NCBI GenBank assembly: GCA_040954595.2
Contig: CM082590.2
Location: 806,001 to 870,000 of the forward strand
Origin: Balanoglossus misakiensis
Taxonomy: Eukaryota; Animalia; Hemichordata
Reading direction: 5' to 3'
Length of the DNA stretch: 64,000 nucleotides
Shown: piece by piece, positions 28,244-39,737 of the stretch
How the letters are laid out: each line of letters opens with the position of its first letter
Numbering within the stretch: position 1 is the stretch's first letter
Notes under the pieces: generated by a model
Database searches by the model: none
What the model was told of the DNA's origin: nothing
The model's input: the letters and a program-made list of their open reading frames with translations, nothing else
Translations under genes and position numbers: made by a program

Positions 28244-29816
28244 TACGCATACTTTTTGCGTAAACAGGACCTCTGCCAACCAGACTTTATTTGATTCTTT
28301 AATTAGGATCTTTATGTAATGTCATTTATTTGATCCTATTTCATTTATTATTTAATATGTGTAATATTAGGTGCAGTGTCATGATGAGTTTGGAAGACAA
28401 ACTTGTCTTTCAGAGTTCAATTCAGAGATCAAGTTATTAAATTTGCAGACTTAATTTTCCCATGAATTAAAGATGTAGCAGACAAAAGCAAGATGATGTC
28501 AAGATTTGTTGAAAAAAATATGGCATCTAATTGAAATTTGTCATTCTTGTAACTGCAAACCTGTGAATCTTGTATTAAGTATGTGTAACATTGGTAGGTA
28601 AATTAGTCCAATAATTGGTTATATAGAATAAGTCCTGCCCATTTTTTTGTAAGATGTATAATTTTAGTTTTCTGTGTTTGCAGAATTTGATGACATTTAA
28701 AAGTTAGGGTAGTAACTACAAAGCTTAGTTTATGATAATCCCCAGAATAGAGGAGGTAATTATTATTTAATATGGTGGTACTAGGGGATAAGTTCTTTTT
28801 TCTTCATATTGTGTGACTAGTATGAACTTTGGATGTTGATGAGGGTTTTATTTTGGTCATAATAGTTTTAATAGTTTTACGGCATAAGAAACTTTATTGG
28901 AGCAATGCAGAAAACACAACAATGGTGGGAATGTTGAGTAATTATTTATTGTAAGTAGAAAATATTTAAAGTAACCAATTCCATTTTATGGGCACTATTA
29001 TTATTTTGTCATTAGTTGCAGATATCAAGAAACTGAAGATGGAATATGTACTAACAGTCCAGAAGCTGACAGAAAACGCCCACCCAGAGATTATAGATAC
29101 TGCAATAATCATACCAGGTAATTGTGGTCAGAACGAAATATTCTGCTTTACTCAAATATGGACATAGAATTTACACATAAACCTTCTGTCACAAACTATG
29201 TTTCTCTGTGAAATGTTTTCTAAATTCAAACATTGAGATCCAATATAGCAAATGAAATAGAAAGCTTACAGGCATTGGATGAAATCAATAAGTGAAACAT
29301 TCGATTCTTGGTTGTACCAATGATTGCTATGTCTAATGAATAAATGCAGAAGTAAAGTTATATACATGTCTGGTAAAACAATATTTAAAATAGAAGTGTA
29401 TTATTTTTTATTGATTGCACAGGGGAAGGAACTGAAGATGATGTCTGCCAGCTGAGATCCTGCTGAGATGCCTGTGCTTCAATGATGCCATGGATGAGAA
29501 TGCAAGCCCTCCACAGACGTCTGGATGGCATTTCAGAAAGTAAGATTCATCTTCTAAAGGTACAAAATGCATTATATTGTGGAACACTATTTCAAAACAT
29601 GGCTATGTTTCTGTGCAAAATGTATTCAAATAAAGACATTGAGATCCAATACAGCAAATGAAATAGAAAGCTTACAGGTATTGGATGAAATCAATAAGTG
29701 AAACATTCGATTCTTGGTTGTACCAATGATTGCTATGTCTAATGAATAAATGCAGAAGTAAAGTTATATACTATGAAAGCCCGTAAGGGACATTTCGTAA
29801 AGCAAAATTTTTTTTT

Positions 29817-29980
29817 ATCTCGTGAGCACGAGATACTAAGTCGTGAGCACGAGATACTAAGTCGTGAGCACGAGATACTAAGTCGTGCGCACGAGATACT
29901 AAGTCGTGCGCACGAGATAATTATCTCGTGCTCACGAGATACTAAGTTGTGCGCACGAGATAATTATCTCGTGCTCAGGA
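29817..29980 (+). repeat. 21-bp subterminal tandem repeats (TCGTGAGCACGAGATACTAAG) in the left TIR; mirror ~33460-33625
   Basis: Direct reading; each unit contains the dyad TCGTG-AG-CACGA. Confidence 0.9.
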
Positions 29981-31019
29981 AATAATTTCGCATGTTATTG
30001 CAATGAACCTAAGGAGTCAAAAGCTTAACTGATCAATGTGGGAGGTTACGTGGCCAGACAGTTTTATTATTATGTATGTCACATTCAATGCACCAGAAAG
30101 TCACTGCTAAATTTCAGACTAAGGGCTTTCCAGATTTGAGTCTCAAGCATTTCATCTCAATGTTTTGAAGAGCGGGTAATAGTTCTAAATTTTGCTTTGC
30201 TTTGAGTTATACACTTATTAAACACTGAAACGGGTATTGGCTACGTCGCCAAATTTAGAGTTGCAGCGAATCTTTTTGGAGCAAGAAATAGCAGCTTATC
30301 ACTCGCTTAAACATAAAAGATCGAAACATATGTATTCATGTCAGCGTTCCGGGCAATGTGTTTCACTCCACCGTCAATGTTTAAGAATAGCAAAACATAA
30401 TAGACTTCCAGTGCTATATAATAACTGCTAACTGCATCATAGAACCGCTTCCGATCATAAGACCCCCAAACGTTTTTTGCTTGATTTGTAATGTGTAATA
30501 CATTCCTGTATCAACTCACAGGAATACACCTTATTTTAATTCTGACAAAAGAATTTGAAATGTAGGATTGTCACTCCTTTGGATTTTTTGTGAAGAACAT
30601 GCTGGTTACGATGTCGCTAACGACATATTTTATTAATAGATATATGATGAAGTAGCTGGGCGCTTTCTTGGACAATTAGAAGACCATGTTGAAGACATTT
30701 CATCCATCTGTATTTATGTATAGCCGACCGGTTGATAGCTTAGGTATGATATATCGTCGGTGGCATCTGACTGGTGTTTTCGTCTGTACAATCCATTCTT
30801 GTACAATATTCTCTTTAAATTTCACAAGCTCAGAATAAAATCGGGATATTTGCTTTCAAAGCCAACATTTCACAGTAGTTGAAACCCATGTTGAAATATA
30901 AAGGAATGGCTTCTTTCCTTTCATAATGAAAGTGAAAATCACCAAGCATCAGCAATAAAGTGTATGAAACTTCATAGTTAATAATGCCAGTGCTAAAATT
31001 ACACATTTAAATAAGATAC

Positions 31020-32790
31020 AATTCCTGGTTAGAATCAAAGATTATTATGACAAAGCTCGCACTGATTTTTTAATCTGGAAGGATAATGGCTCCCCTAAAT
31101 TTGGTCCCTTCTTTGAACTTATGCGCAGGTCCAGAGCTCAATTTAAAAGGCAATTAGCAAATTGTAAGAAGGCAGAAAAAGAAATGCGCGCAAATGCCCT
31201 GGCTGTAAAATTAAAGAAAAACTCCAAGGCGTACTGGAAAGATGTCAGTAAACGGAAAGGTAGATCAATATCTCCATCATCTATTGATGGTCATTCGGGT
31301 GATGTTGAAGTGGTTAAAATGTGGAAAGACCATTACGAGAATATTTTGACAAAAACTGGAAAAGATTCCGCACCTGATTTTATGAACATTGAGTACTGTG
31401 ATGACATGATTGTACACCATGAAGAAATTTGTGAATTAATTAAGAACCTTAAGACAGGTGCATCGTCGGGTATCGACATGGTGGCACCTGAGCACCTGAA
31501 GTATGCGCCATACAGAGTCAGTGTTCTACTTTCCCTCTGTTTCACGGCTATGTTAATTCATGGCATCGTTCCCAAACAATTGATGACTACGGTTTTGGTT
31601 CCCATTCCAAAAAACCCAGGTGGTGACATTTGTGACAAATCTAACTACCGTCCTGTTGCTGTTGCAACAACGATATCTAAACTGTTAGAGAGAGTTTGGT
31701 TAAATCGCTGCATGAATTGTTTAACGACTAGCGAGCACCAGTTTGGATTTAAACCAGGCCATGGTACCGATATGTAAATTTTTGTTCTTAAAGAAATTTT
31801 GAATAATTACAAGCGTTGTAACACTCCTGTTTTTGTCACCTTTATGGATGCATCCAAAGCTTTTGATTATGTTCGTCACGATATTCTCTTTGTAAAACTT
31901 TTGGCGAGGGGTGTCAATCCTTATCTCATTAAGATTTTGTCGTACATGTATAGGCACCAAGATTTTGTGGTGAGATGGAATGGGTTATTTAAACCTTTTC
32001 ACTAAAATAATGGGGTTAAACAGAGTGGAATTACATCAACGATATTTTTCACAGTTAACTTCGATGATATCAGCAAAAATCTTTCCGCTCTTCCATATGG
32101 CTGACTTGATGGGAACTATAAGGTTAATCATTTAATTTACGCCGATGATTTAGTTATTATATCTACTGGAGCCTATGGCCAGCAGATGCTTGTTGATACT
32201 TGTGGTCATTATGGCAGCAATAATTCAATTTTCTTTAATGAGAAAAAAACAGTCTGTATATTAATTCAACCAAGTATGCGCAGGCTCAGACACGTTCCAA
32301 TTTATCTGAACGGCCGAATGCTGAATTATGTCAATGTTTGTAAATATCTTGGTCACCTTATCACTTGTGACCTTAGGGATAATGGGGACATTCTAGCTCA
32401 AACTCGCCAATTTTATGTTCGCGGTAATGCTATTATTCATGATTTTAAATGTGCGTCTATCTCTGTTAAATGTCATTTGTTTTCTGTATTTTGTGATATC
32501 CCGTATTGCTCTTACTTATGGAGTACTTTTTCTGTGTGTATTTTTAATGCAGTTAGGAGAGCTTACTCCCGGGTTTTCCGTAAATTGTTTGGTTTTAAAC
32601 ATTCTTTTATTCAGAGCAACAGTGCGATGTTTGTTAATCTTTCTATTTTAACTTTTGATGAAATACTCCGGAAAAAAATCATTCAGCTTTTTAAGCAGAC
32701 TCCACCTCTCAAGTAATCCACTTGTAGCCAGTGTTTTATCACTATCAGTGTTCTCAAATAGTGGACTTTGGAAGGTTTGGAGTAGATGAT
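31020..32790 (+). pseudogene. Decayed, 5'-truncated non-LTR retrotransposon (LINE) ORF2 fragment: linker plus reverse transcriptase domain
   Basis: Same-frame ORFs at 31121, 31799 and 32186 carry RT motifs VPIPK, NYRPVAV...SKLLE, QFGFKPG, FMDASKAFD, GVKQSG, YADD (32138-32149) and KYLG. Premature stops at 31775, 32003 and 32102; likely frameshift in the A-run near 32672; no endonuclease domain. Confidence 0.93.
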
Positions 32791-35700
32791 TGTTTTGATG
32801 TTTTTATGGTGTTGAGTTTTGTTATGGATTATTTTATATGTTCTTCACAAAATATCCAAAGGAGTGACAATCCTACACTTCAAATTCTTTTGTCAGAATT
32901 AAAATAAGGTGTATTCCTGTTAGTTGATACAGGAAATGTATTACACATTACAAATCAAGCAAAAAACGTTTGGGGGTCTTATGATCGGAAGCGGTACAAT
33001 GATGCAGTTAGCAGTTATTATATAGCACTGGAATTCTAGTATGTTTTGCTATTCTTAAACATTGACGGTGGAGTGAAACACATTGCCCGGAACGCTGACA
33101 TGAATACATATGTTTTGATCTTTTATGTTTAAGCGAGTGATAAGCTGCTATTTCTTGCTCCAAAAAGATTCGCTGCAACTCTAAATTTGGCGACGTAGCC
33201 AATACCCGTTTCAGTGTTTAATAAGTGTATAACTCAAAGCAAAGCAAAATTTAGAACTATTACCCGCTCTTCAAAACATTGAGATGAAATGCTCGAGACT
33301 CAAATCTGGAAAGCCCTTAGTCTGAAATTTAGCAGTGACTTTCTGGTGACATTGAATGTGACATACATAATAATAAAACTGTCTGGCCACGTAACCTCCC
33401 GCATTGATCAGTTAAGCTTTTGACTCCCTAGGTTCATTGCAATAACATGCAAAATTATTTTGTGAGCACGAGATAATTATCTCGTGCGCACGACTTAGTA
33501 TCTCGTGCTCACGACTTAGTATCTCGTGCGCACGACTTAGTATCTCGTGCTCACGACTTAGTATCTCGTGCTCACGACTTAGTATCTCGTGCTCACGACT
33601 TAGTATCTCGTGCTCACGAGATAAAACATTTTTTTTGCTTTACGAAATGTCCCTTACGTGCTTTCATAATATACATGTCTGGTAAAACAATATTTAAAAT
33701 AGAAGTGTATTATTTTTTATTGATTGCACAGGGGAAGGAACTGAAGATGATGTCCGCCAGCTGAGATCCTGCTGAGATGCCTGTGCTTCAATGATGCCAT
33801 GGATGAGAATGCAAGCCCTCCACAGACGTCTGGATGGCATTTCAGAAAGTAAGATTCATCTTCTAAAGGTACAAAATGCATTATATTGTGGAACACTATT
33901 TCAAAACATGGCTATGTTTCTAAGCAAAATGTAAGCAAATAAAGACATGGAGATCCAATATAGCCAATGAAATGGAAAGCTTACAGGTAATGTATGCAAT
34001 CCATGAGTGAATCATTTGATTCGAGGTTTTACCAATTATTGCTATGTCTAATAAATAAATGCAGAAGTAATCTTATTTTCATATCTCGTAACACAATTTT
34101 TTAAAGTAGAAATGTATCAGTTTACCTGATTGCACAGGTCAGAGAACTGAAGATGATGTCCGCCAGCTGAGATCCTGCTGAGATGCCTGTGCTTCAATGA
34201 TGCCATGGATGAGAATGCAAGCCCTCCACAGACGTCTGGATGGCATTTCAGAAAGTAAGATTCATCTTCTAAAGGTACAAAATGCATTATATTGTGGAAC
34301 ACTATTTCAAAACATGGCTATGTTTCTGTGCAAAATGTATTCAAATAAAGACATTGAGATCCAATGCAGCCAATGAAATAGAAAGCATTACAGAGTTTTC
34401 TGCAATCTATGAATGAAGCATTCGATTCTTGGTTGTGCCAATCATTGCTATGTCTAAGGAATATAATGTAGAAGTAAACTTATTTATACATCTCATAAAA
34501 CAGTAATTTTTATAGAAATGTACTGATATTATTTTTCATTGATTGCACAGGTCAGAGAACTGAAGATGATGTCCACCAGCTAAGATCCTGCTGAGATGCC
34601 TGTACCTCAATGATGCCATGGATGAGAATGCAAGTCCACTACAGATGTGTGGATGCCATTTCAGAAAGTAAGATGCACCTACTAAAGGTATGCATTTCAT
34701 TGTGGAAAACTATTTCAAAACGGGGCTAAATTTCTGTACATAATGTGTGGAAATAAAGACATTGAGATCCAATACAGCCAATGAAATTTAAAGCATACAG
34801 GGATTGGATGCAATCTATGAGTGGAGCATTCAATTCTTTTTTGTACCAATTATGATTACCATGTATAATGAATAAACGCAGAAGTAAAGTTATTTATATG
34901 TCTGGTAACACAATATTTAAAATGGAAATTAAAATTAATTTTTATTTATTTCACTGGACAAGGAACTTGAGATGATGTCCACCAGCTGAGATCTTGCAAA
35001 GATGCCTGTGCCTCAATGATGCCATGGATGAGAATGCAAGCCCTCCACAGACGTCTGGATGCCATTTCAGAAAGTAAGATTCACCTTCTAAAGGTACAAA
35101 ATGCATTATATTGTGGAAAACTATTGTGGAACATGGCTATGTTTCTGTATGAAATGTAAGCAAATAAAGACATGGAGATCCAATATAGCGAATGAAATGG
35201 AAAGCTTACAGGTATTAATCCTATCCATGAGTGAATCATTTGATTCAAGGTTTTACCCATTATTGTTATTTCTAATAAATAAATAAATGCAGAAGTAAAC
35301 TTATTTTCATATCTCGTAACACAATATTTAAAATAGAAATGTATCAGTTTACATTGATTGCACAGGTCAATGAACTGAAGATGATGTCCTACTGCTGAGA
35401 TCCTGCTGAGATGCCTGTGCTTTAATGATGCCATGGATGAGAATGCAAGCCCTCCAAAGATGCCTGGATGCCATTTCAGAAAGTAAGATTCATCTTCTAA
35501 AGGTACAAAATGCTTTACATTGTAGAACATTATTTTTTGCTAGTTTTCTAATTCTTAATTTCGAATTACTTACAAACACACAACACTTTGATAAATATTA
35601 TTTCATATGGACTCCCTTCTTGTTGCCAACAAAATAAATGCTTTTTTCAAAGTTGATAATTAAATGATATAAAAAAGTCCCTGTTGAGAGTGTGTTAAAA

Positions 35701-37476
35701 TAGATAGTTATATCCCATTATTTTTATGATTAAACCTCTATCATCAGTTTTCTCCAGCATATTTCAGTATGGATGATACAATCTGGTCTATTGATAATTT
35801 GATAATTCACTATTCGAAGTAGGCAAAGAAACTGTAAAGTACAGAACCTATCATAAGAAAATATTCTAAAATTAGCCCCAAATTAGCTATCTTTCCTCTG
35901 AGTCACTTTTTGCCCAAGTCCTTGAGTGGTGTTTTTACCTTAATTAATGTGAGAGTTTTGACAATAAGGTAAGTTTAAGGTACTTCTGTGTATATGGATG
36001 AGATCAATTCAGCTGGAACACTGAGAGCTAAAGAGGAGCAACTCACAGAAGCCATCAATTTCTTTATTGGGATGGAGCAGACATGGGCACATTTTTGTTT
36101 CTGCTGTGTGAAAGTTAACGACTCTTTGTTGCTGTGACAAATCAATACAAGGTAAGAGTAATGTCCTCTTTCTGTTTATAGGGAAGAAGAGGATACATGC
36201 GTGAATTCAAAGACCAGTGCATCAGATGCAGGGGGAAATTCCTCAGACAAGATGATTTTATATTCGTGGACTTAAACCAAAACATTGATATATTATCTAT
36301 TATATAAGTTATATGATCTGTATTCAAAATGTAATAGTGTGATTTTTCTGTATGTAATTGTGTCAGACAGAGAGGAGAGGGAGAACAGGTTCAAATTAAA
36401 TTGCAATGTGTATATTTTGGCATGGCAACACTTCTTCAAATATGATAGCAAAAAAGGGAATTTACTAACAAGAATAGTCCTAAATTATCACTTTGATCAT
36501 AGTCCTAAGTTAGGGCATGTCAACACCCATCAATTTTGCCAGCATAAAAGAAAGTATTTAACAACAATAGTCCTAAATTATCACTGTGATTTGTTTAGCC
36601 TAGCCTGAAGGCTGTTGGATCCTATAGACAAAATAACCATTGCGCATAACTAAGCTGCACGTAAACTAACACGAAATGCATTGGATACAGCAGCCTTCAG
36701 GTCATTACCATTTAGCTTTTCAGCGCGTAAATAAACCCACTAATATAGCAGTTAATATAACTAAGCTAAATGGTATACAAAAAGAGAATACTGCATTATT
36801 CCTGTATTGGTACAGATCTTCAACCAGTTACGTGAGGAAAGCAAACATGCCCAATAAAGAGCAAACCACCATTGCATATTGTTAATGTTTGACTTTGATA
36901 AACTGTATTTGCATATGCTTGACTTGCCTAAACCACCATTGCATATTGTTTGACTTGGCTCTCCCTCTCTTTATACATAGACTAGATTTCTATTGTTACA
37001 TTATTGTAATTGATTTAGGCATAATTTACTAGAATTGTACATTTTGAAAGTACAATGTAGAAGTCGTATAGGTTTATGATGGCCATGTTTTTGTGATTGA
37101 TATTGAAGTATGAACTATATCATACACAGTTGGAGATATTGTCATATGTGATTACTGATTCATTCCTTCATTCCTTCCTTCCTTCATTCATTCATTCTTT
37201 CATTTATTTGTTTATTGTCTGCTTGTTTGTTTATTCATCACTCCATTTATCAATTCATTTTTTTCATTCATCAATTCATTCACTCCTTTACTTGTGTGTG
37301 TGTCTCTTTCTCTATGTACAAGCTCATGTATGTATCGGTATGTCTGCCTTATGTATGTACTTGCCTACCCAGGTTTGTGTGTACTATTGTTATGTATGTA
37401 TTATACTGTATACCCTAGGGTACATATGTATGTATATACGTATGTAACGTGGTTATGTTTGTAACATGATTATTTA

Positions 37477-37650
37477 TGTATGTATGTATGTATGTATGTA
37501 TGTATGTATGTATGTATGTATGTATGTATGTATGTATGTATGTATGTATGTATGTATGTATGTATGTATGTATGTATGTATGTATGTATGTATGTATGTA
37601 TGTATGTATGTATGTATGTATGTATGTATGTATGTATGTATGTATGTATG
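37477..37650 (+). repeat. (TGTA)n microsatellite, ~43 units (longer mirror of 6128-6180)
   Basis: Direct reading. Confidence 0.95.
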
Positions 37651-38957
37651 TGTATACCAGAATTTTATGAAGTGTGATGTGTGGGTATGCATGTATGTAT
37701 GTATTTTTTTTTGTATGAATGATATAATTTACTTGGTGAGCAATGACAAGACATGTCACATGCTCAAACCTTTTTTGGTTTCTAGGCCTACTCTCTGGTT
37801 GTATTGTGGCATCTGTTGTGATTGCCAGGTTGTCTTTTTGAATTCATTTTTGAATTTTCAAACTTTCAAAGCATATTTTCGAAGAAGTTGCAGAATATTT
37901 GTTGATTTAGGTAGTGATAGTTTTACCAAGCGAAAGCTTGTATTTTTTCTCAATCAATACACCAATTCACATGGATTGTGCCGCTACTGTCTTGTGTAAA
38001 ACAGTTTAAAGTGGTATGCACTTCCGGAATCATGTCCTTGAATGCGCACCGGACGTTCTTGCTGACGGCCGCTGCTGATACTAAATCAAGGGAGGATGTT
38101 CGGTTTAAGTTAGCAGCGGCTTGTTGGTTTGTATCCACATTGTCAATGCCAACGCTATCGTCTATAAATTGTTGCACAAGTAGCATACAGGCTCGCTTTA
38201 TATATGCCGCCATTTTGCCTTTCACGCCCCCAATTGACAAGCTTATCGTTCGACGAAGTACAAAAGCGCCCTGAGCAAGCATTCACAAAACGCTTCTCCT
38301 GTTCTCATCCTTTACCCTGTACCCTGACCTGTAATATACCCTGTCCCCATCCTGTCTGGTACCCTTTCCCCTGTCCTGTCCCCTATCCCCATTTGGTCCT
38401 GTCCATAGCCTGTAACCTGGCTTGTCCTCTTCCTAGCTACCCTACCCAGGGTTGTATTTTTCAATTCATTTTTGAATTTTTCTCTGTGGTTGTATTTTGG
38501 CATCTGTGATGACCTGTCCTGTCCCCTGGCCTTTACCATGTCTCCTGTTCTGTTCTGTCCCCCTCCAGGTCCTGTTCTTGGCCTGTACCCTGGCTTGTCC
38601 TCTTCCCTACCCTACCCAGAGTTGTATTTTTCAATTAATTTTTGAATTCTCATAAATTTTGGGTGTTTGGCATTTCCCCTACCGTGTCCCCTTGCATTTA
38701 TCCTTTTTCCCTGTCTTGTCCTGTCCCTGCCAGGTCCTGTCCCTGGCCTGTACCCTGGCTTGTCCTCTTCCGTGCCATACCAAGGGTTGTATTGTTTAAA
38801 TCTTTTTTGAATTTTCATAATTTTCTGGTGTCTGGAAGTACTCTTGTGGTGTTTTTGGCATCTGTGATTGCCATGCTTATTTTTTAAATTCATATTTGAA
38901 TTTTCGTTATTCTAGGAATGTCTTGGTTGTATTTGGTTATCTGATCAAGCTGGTTCA

Positions 38958-39737
38958 CTACACATACAGAAGAAGTCCATCTTCAAGCAAATTATGTCTT
39001 TGCACGCGCATCTGTCGCTTTCTGCAATGTCCTTTCTGATTTTCATGATTCTTCGCGTGTCTGGATTTTTTGTGGTTATCTGATGAAGCTGGTTCACCAC
39101 ACTTGCAGAAGAAGTCCCTCTTCAAGCAAATTATGTCTTTGCACGCGCGTCTGTCCTTTCTGCAATGTCCTTTCTGATTTTCATGGTTCTTCGCGTGTCT
39201 GGATTTTTTGTGGTTATCTGATGAAGCTGGTTCACCACACTTGCAGAAGAAGTCCCTCTTCAAGCAAATGATGTCTTTGCATGCGCGTCTGTCGTTTCTA
39301 CAATGTCCTTTCTGATTTTCATGGTTCTTCGCGTGTCTGGATTTTTTGTTATCTGATGAAGCTGGTTCACCACACTTGCAGAAGAAGTCCCTCTTCAAGC
39401 AAATGATGTCTTTGCATGCGCGTCTGTCGTTTCTACAATGTCCTTTCTGATTTTCATGGTTCTTCGCGTGTCTGGATTTTTTGTTATCTGATGAAGCTGG
39501 TTCACCACACTTGCAGAAGAAGTCCGAAGATTGCAGTCCCTCTTCAAGCAAATGATGTCTTTGCACACGCACCTGTCGCTTTCTGCAATGTCCTTTCTGA
39601 TTTTCATGGTTCTTCGCGTGTCTGGATTTTTTGTTATCTGATGAAGCTGGTTCACCACACTTGCAGAAGAAGTCCCTCTTCAAGCAAATGATGTCTTTGC
39701 GCGCGCGCCTGCTGCTTTCTACAATGTATTTTCCCAT
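38958..39737 (-). CDS. Putative 259-aa basic Cys/His-rich repeat protein (CxC-x12-H-x3-H units); left-arm counterpart 3566-4826 (+) has a 1-nt frameshift near the start
   Basis: ATG-initiated ORF (MGKYIVESS...) open across all repeat variants, with unit DFFCKCGEPASSDNKKSRHAKNHENQKGHC. It may simply be a stop-free minisatellite. Confidence 0.25.
   Translation of the reverse strand: MGKYIVESSRRARKDIICLKRDFFCKCGEPASSDNKKSRHAKNHENQKGHCRKRQVRVQRHHLLEEGLQSSDFFCKCGEPASSDNKKSRHAKNHENQKGHCRNDRRACKDIICLKRDFFCKCGEPASSDNKKSRHAKNHENQKGHCRNDRRACKDIICLKRDFFCKCGEPASSDNHKKSRHAKNHENQKGHCRKDRRACKDIICLKRDFFCKCGEPASSDNHKKSRHAKNHENQKGHCRKRQMRVQRHNLLEDGLLLYV

Larger units (their letters stand above)
29772..33668. 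mobile_element. 3.9-kb non-autonomous DNA transposon: ~830-bp TIRs, 6-bp TSD, TAT..ATA termini (IS3EU-like); right arm only
   Basis: TIRs at 29772-30600 and 32838-33668, beginning TATGAAAGC(C/A)CGTAAGGGACATTTCGTAAAGC. TSD ATATAC at 29766-29771 and 33669-33674. Uninterrupted site aagttatatacatgtctgg in a sister repeat unit at ~29355. Confidence 0.92.
29200..35530 (+). repeat. Right-arm ~408-bp tandem repeat, 6 units (cassettes 29423-29539, 33732-33848, 34138-34254, 34551-34667, 34957-35073, 35366-35482), interrupted by the 3.9-kb transposon
   Basis: Each cassette reads ttgcacAG|G...TTTCAGAAA|GTaaga and is exactly 117 nt; the acceptor of the 34957 copy is mutated. Confidence 0.85.
21705..36280 (+). 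pseudogene. Tentative multi-exon transcription unit (pseudogene or lncRNA) reading outward from the palindrome centre
   Basis: Candidate exons: 21705-21766 (MDVYFLAGLFGITLVAKTGL, then GTGAGT); acceptor tccacatAG at 22812; 29022-29117 (ttgcAG...CAG|GTAATT); the 117-nt cassettes; AG|GTAAGT at 35969; acceptor tttctgtttatAG at ~36181. No continuous ORF could be assembled. Confidence 0.35.

Noticed and set aside
29772-33668. Polinton/Maverick, LTR or DIRS-type retroelement
   Set aside because: The repeats are inverted rather than direct and the termini are TAT rather than AG. There is no integrase, polB, tyrosine recombinase or RNase H, and the RT is of the non-LTR type.
37415-37999. MYVC/HTYI repeat ORFs
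   Set aside because: Translation of the (TGTA)n microsatellite.
39060-39700. CTGATGA in the 147-bp repeat as a hammerhead core or snoRNA box
   Set aside because: No stem II followed by GAAA, and no convincing C/D box pair with a terminal stem.
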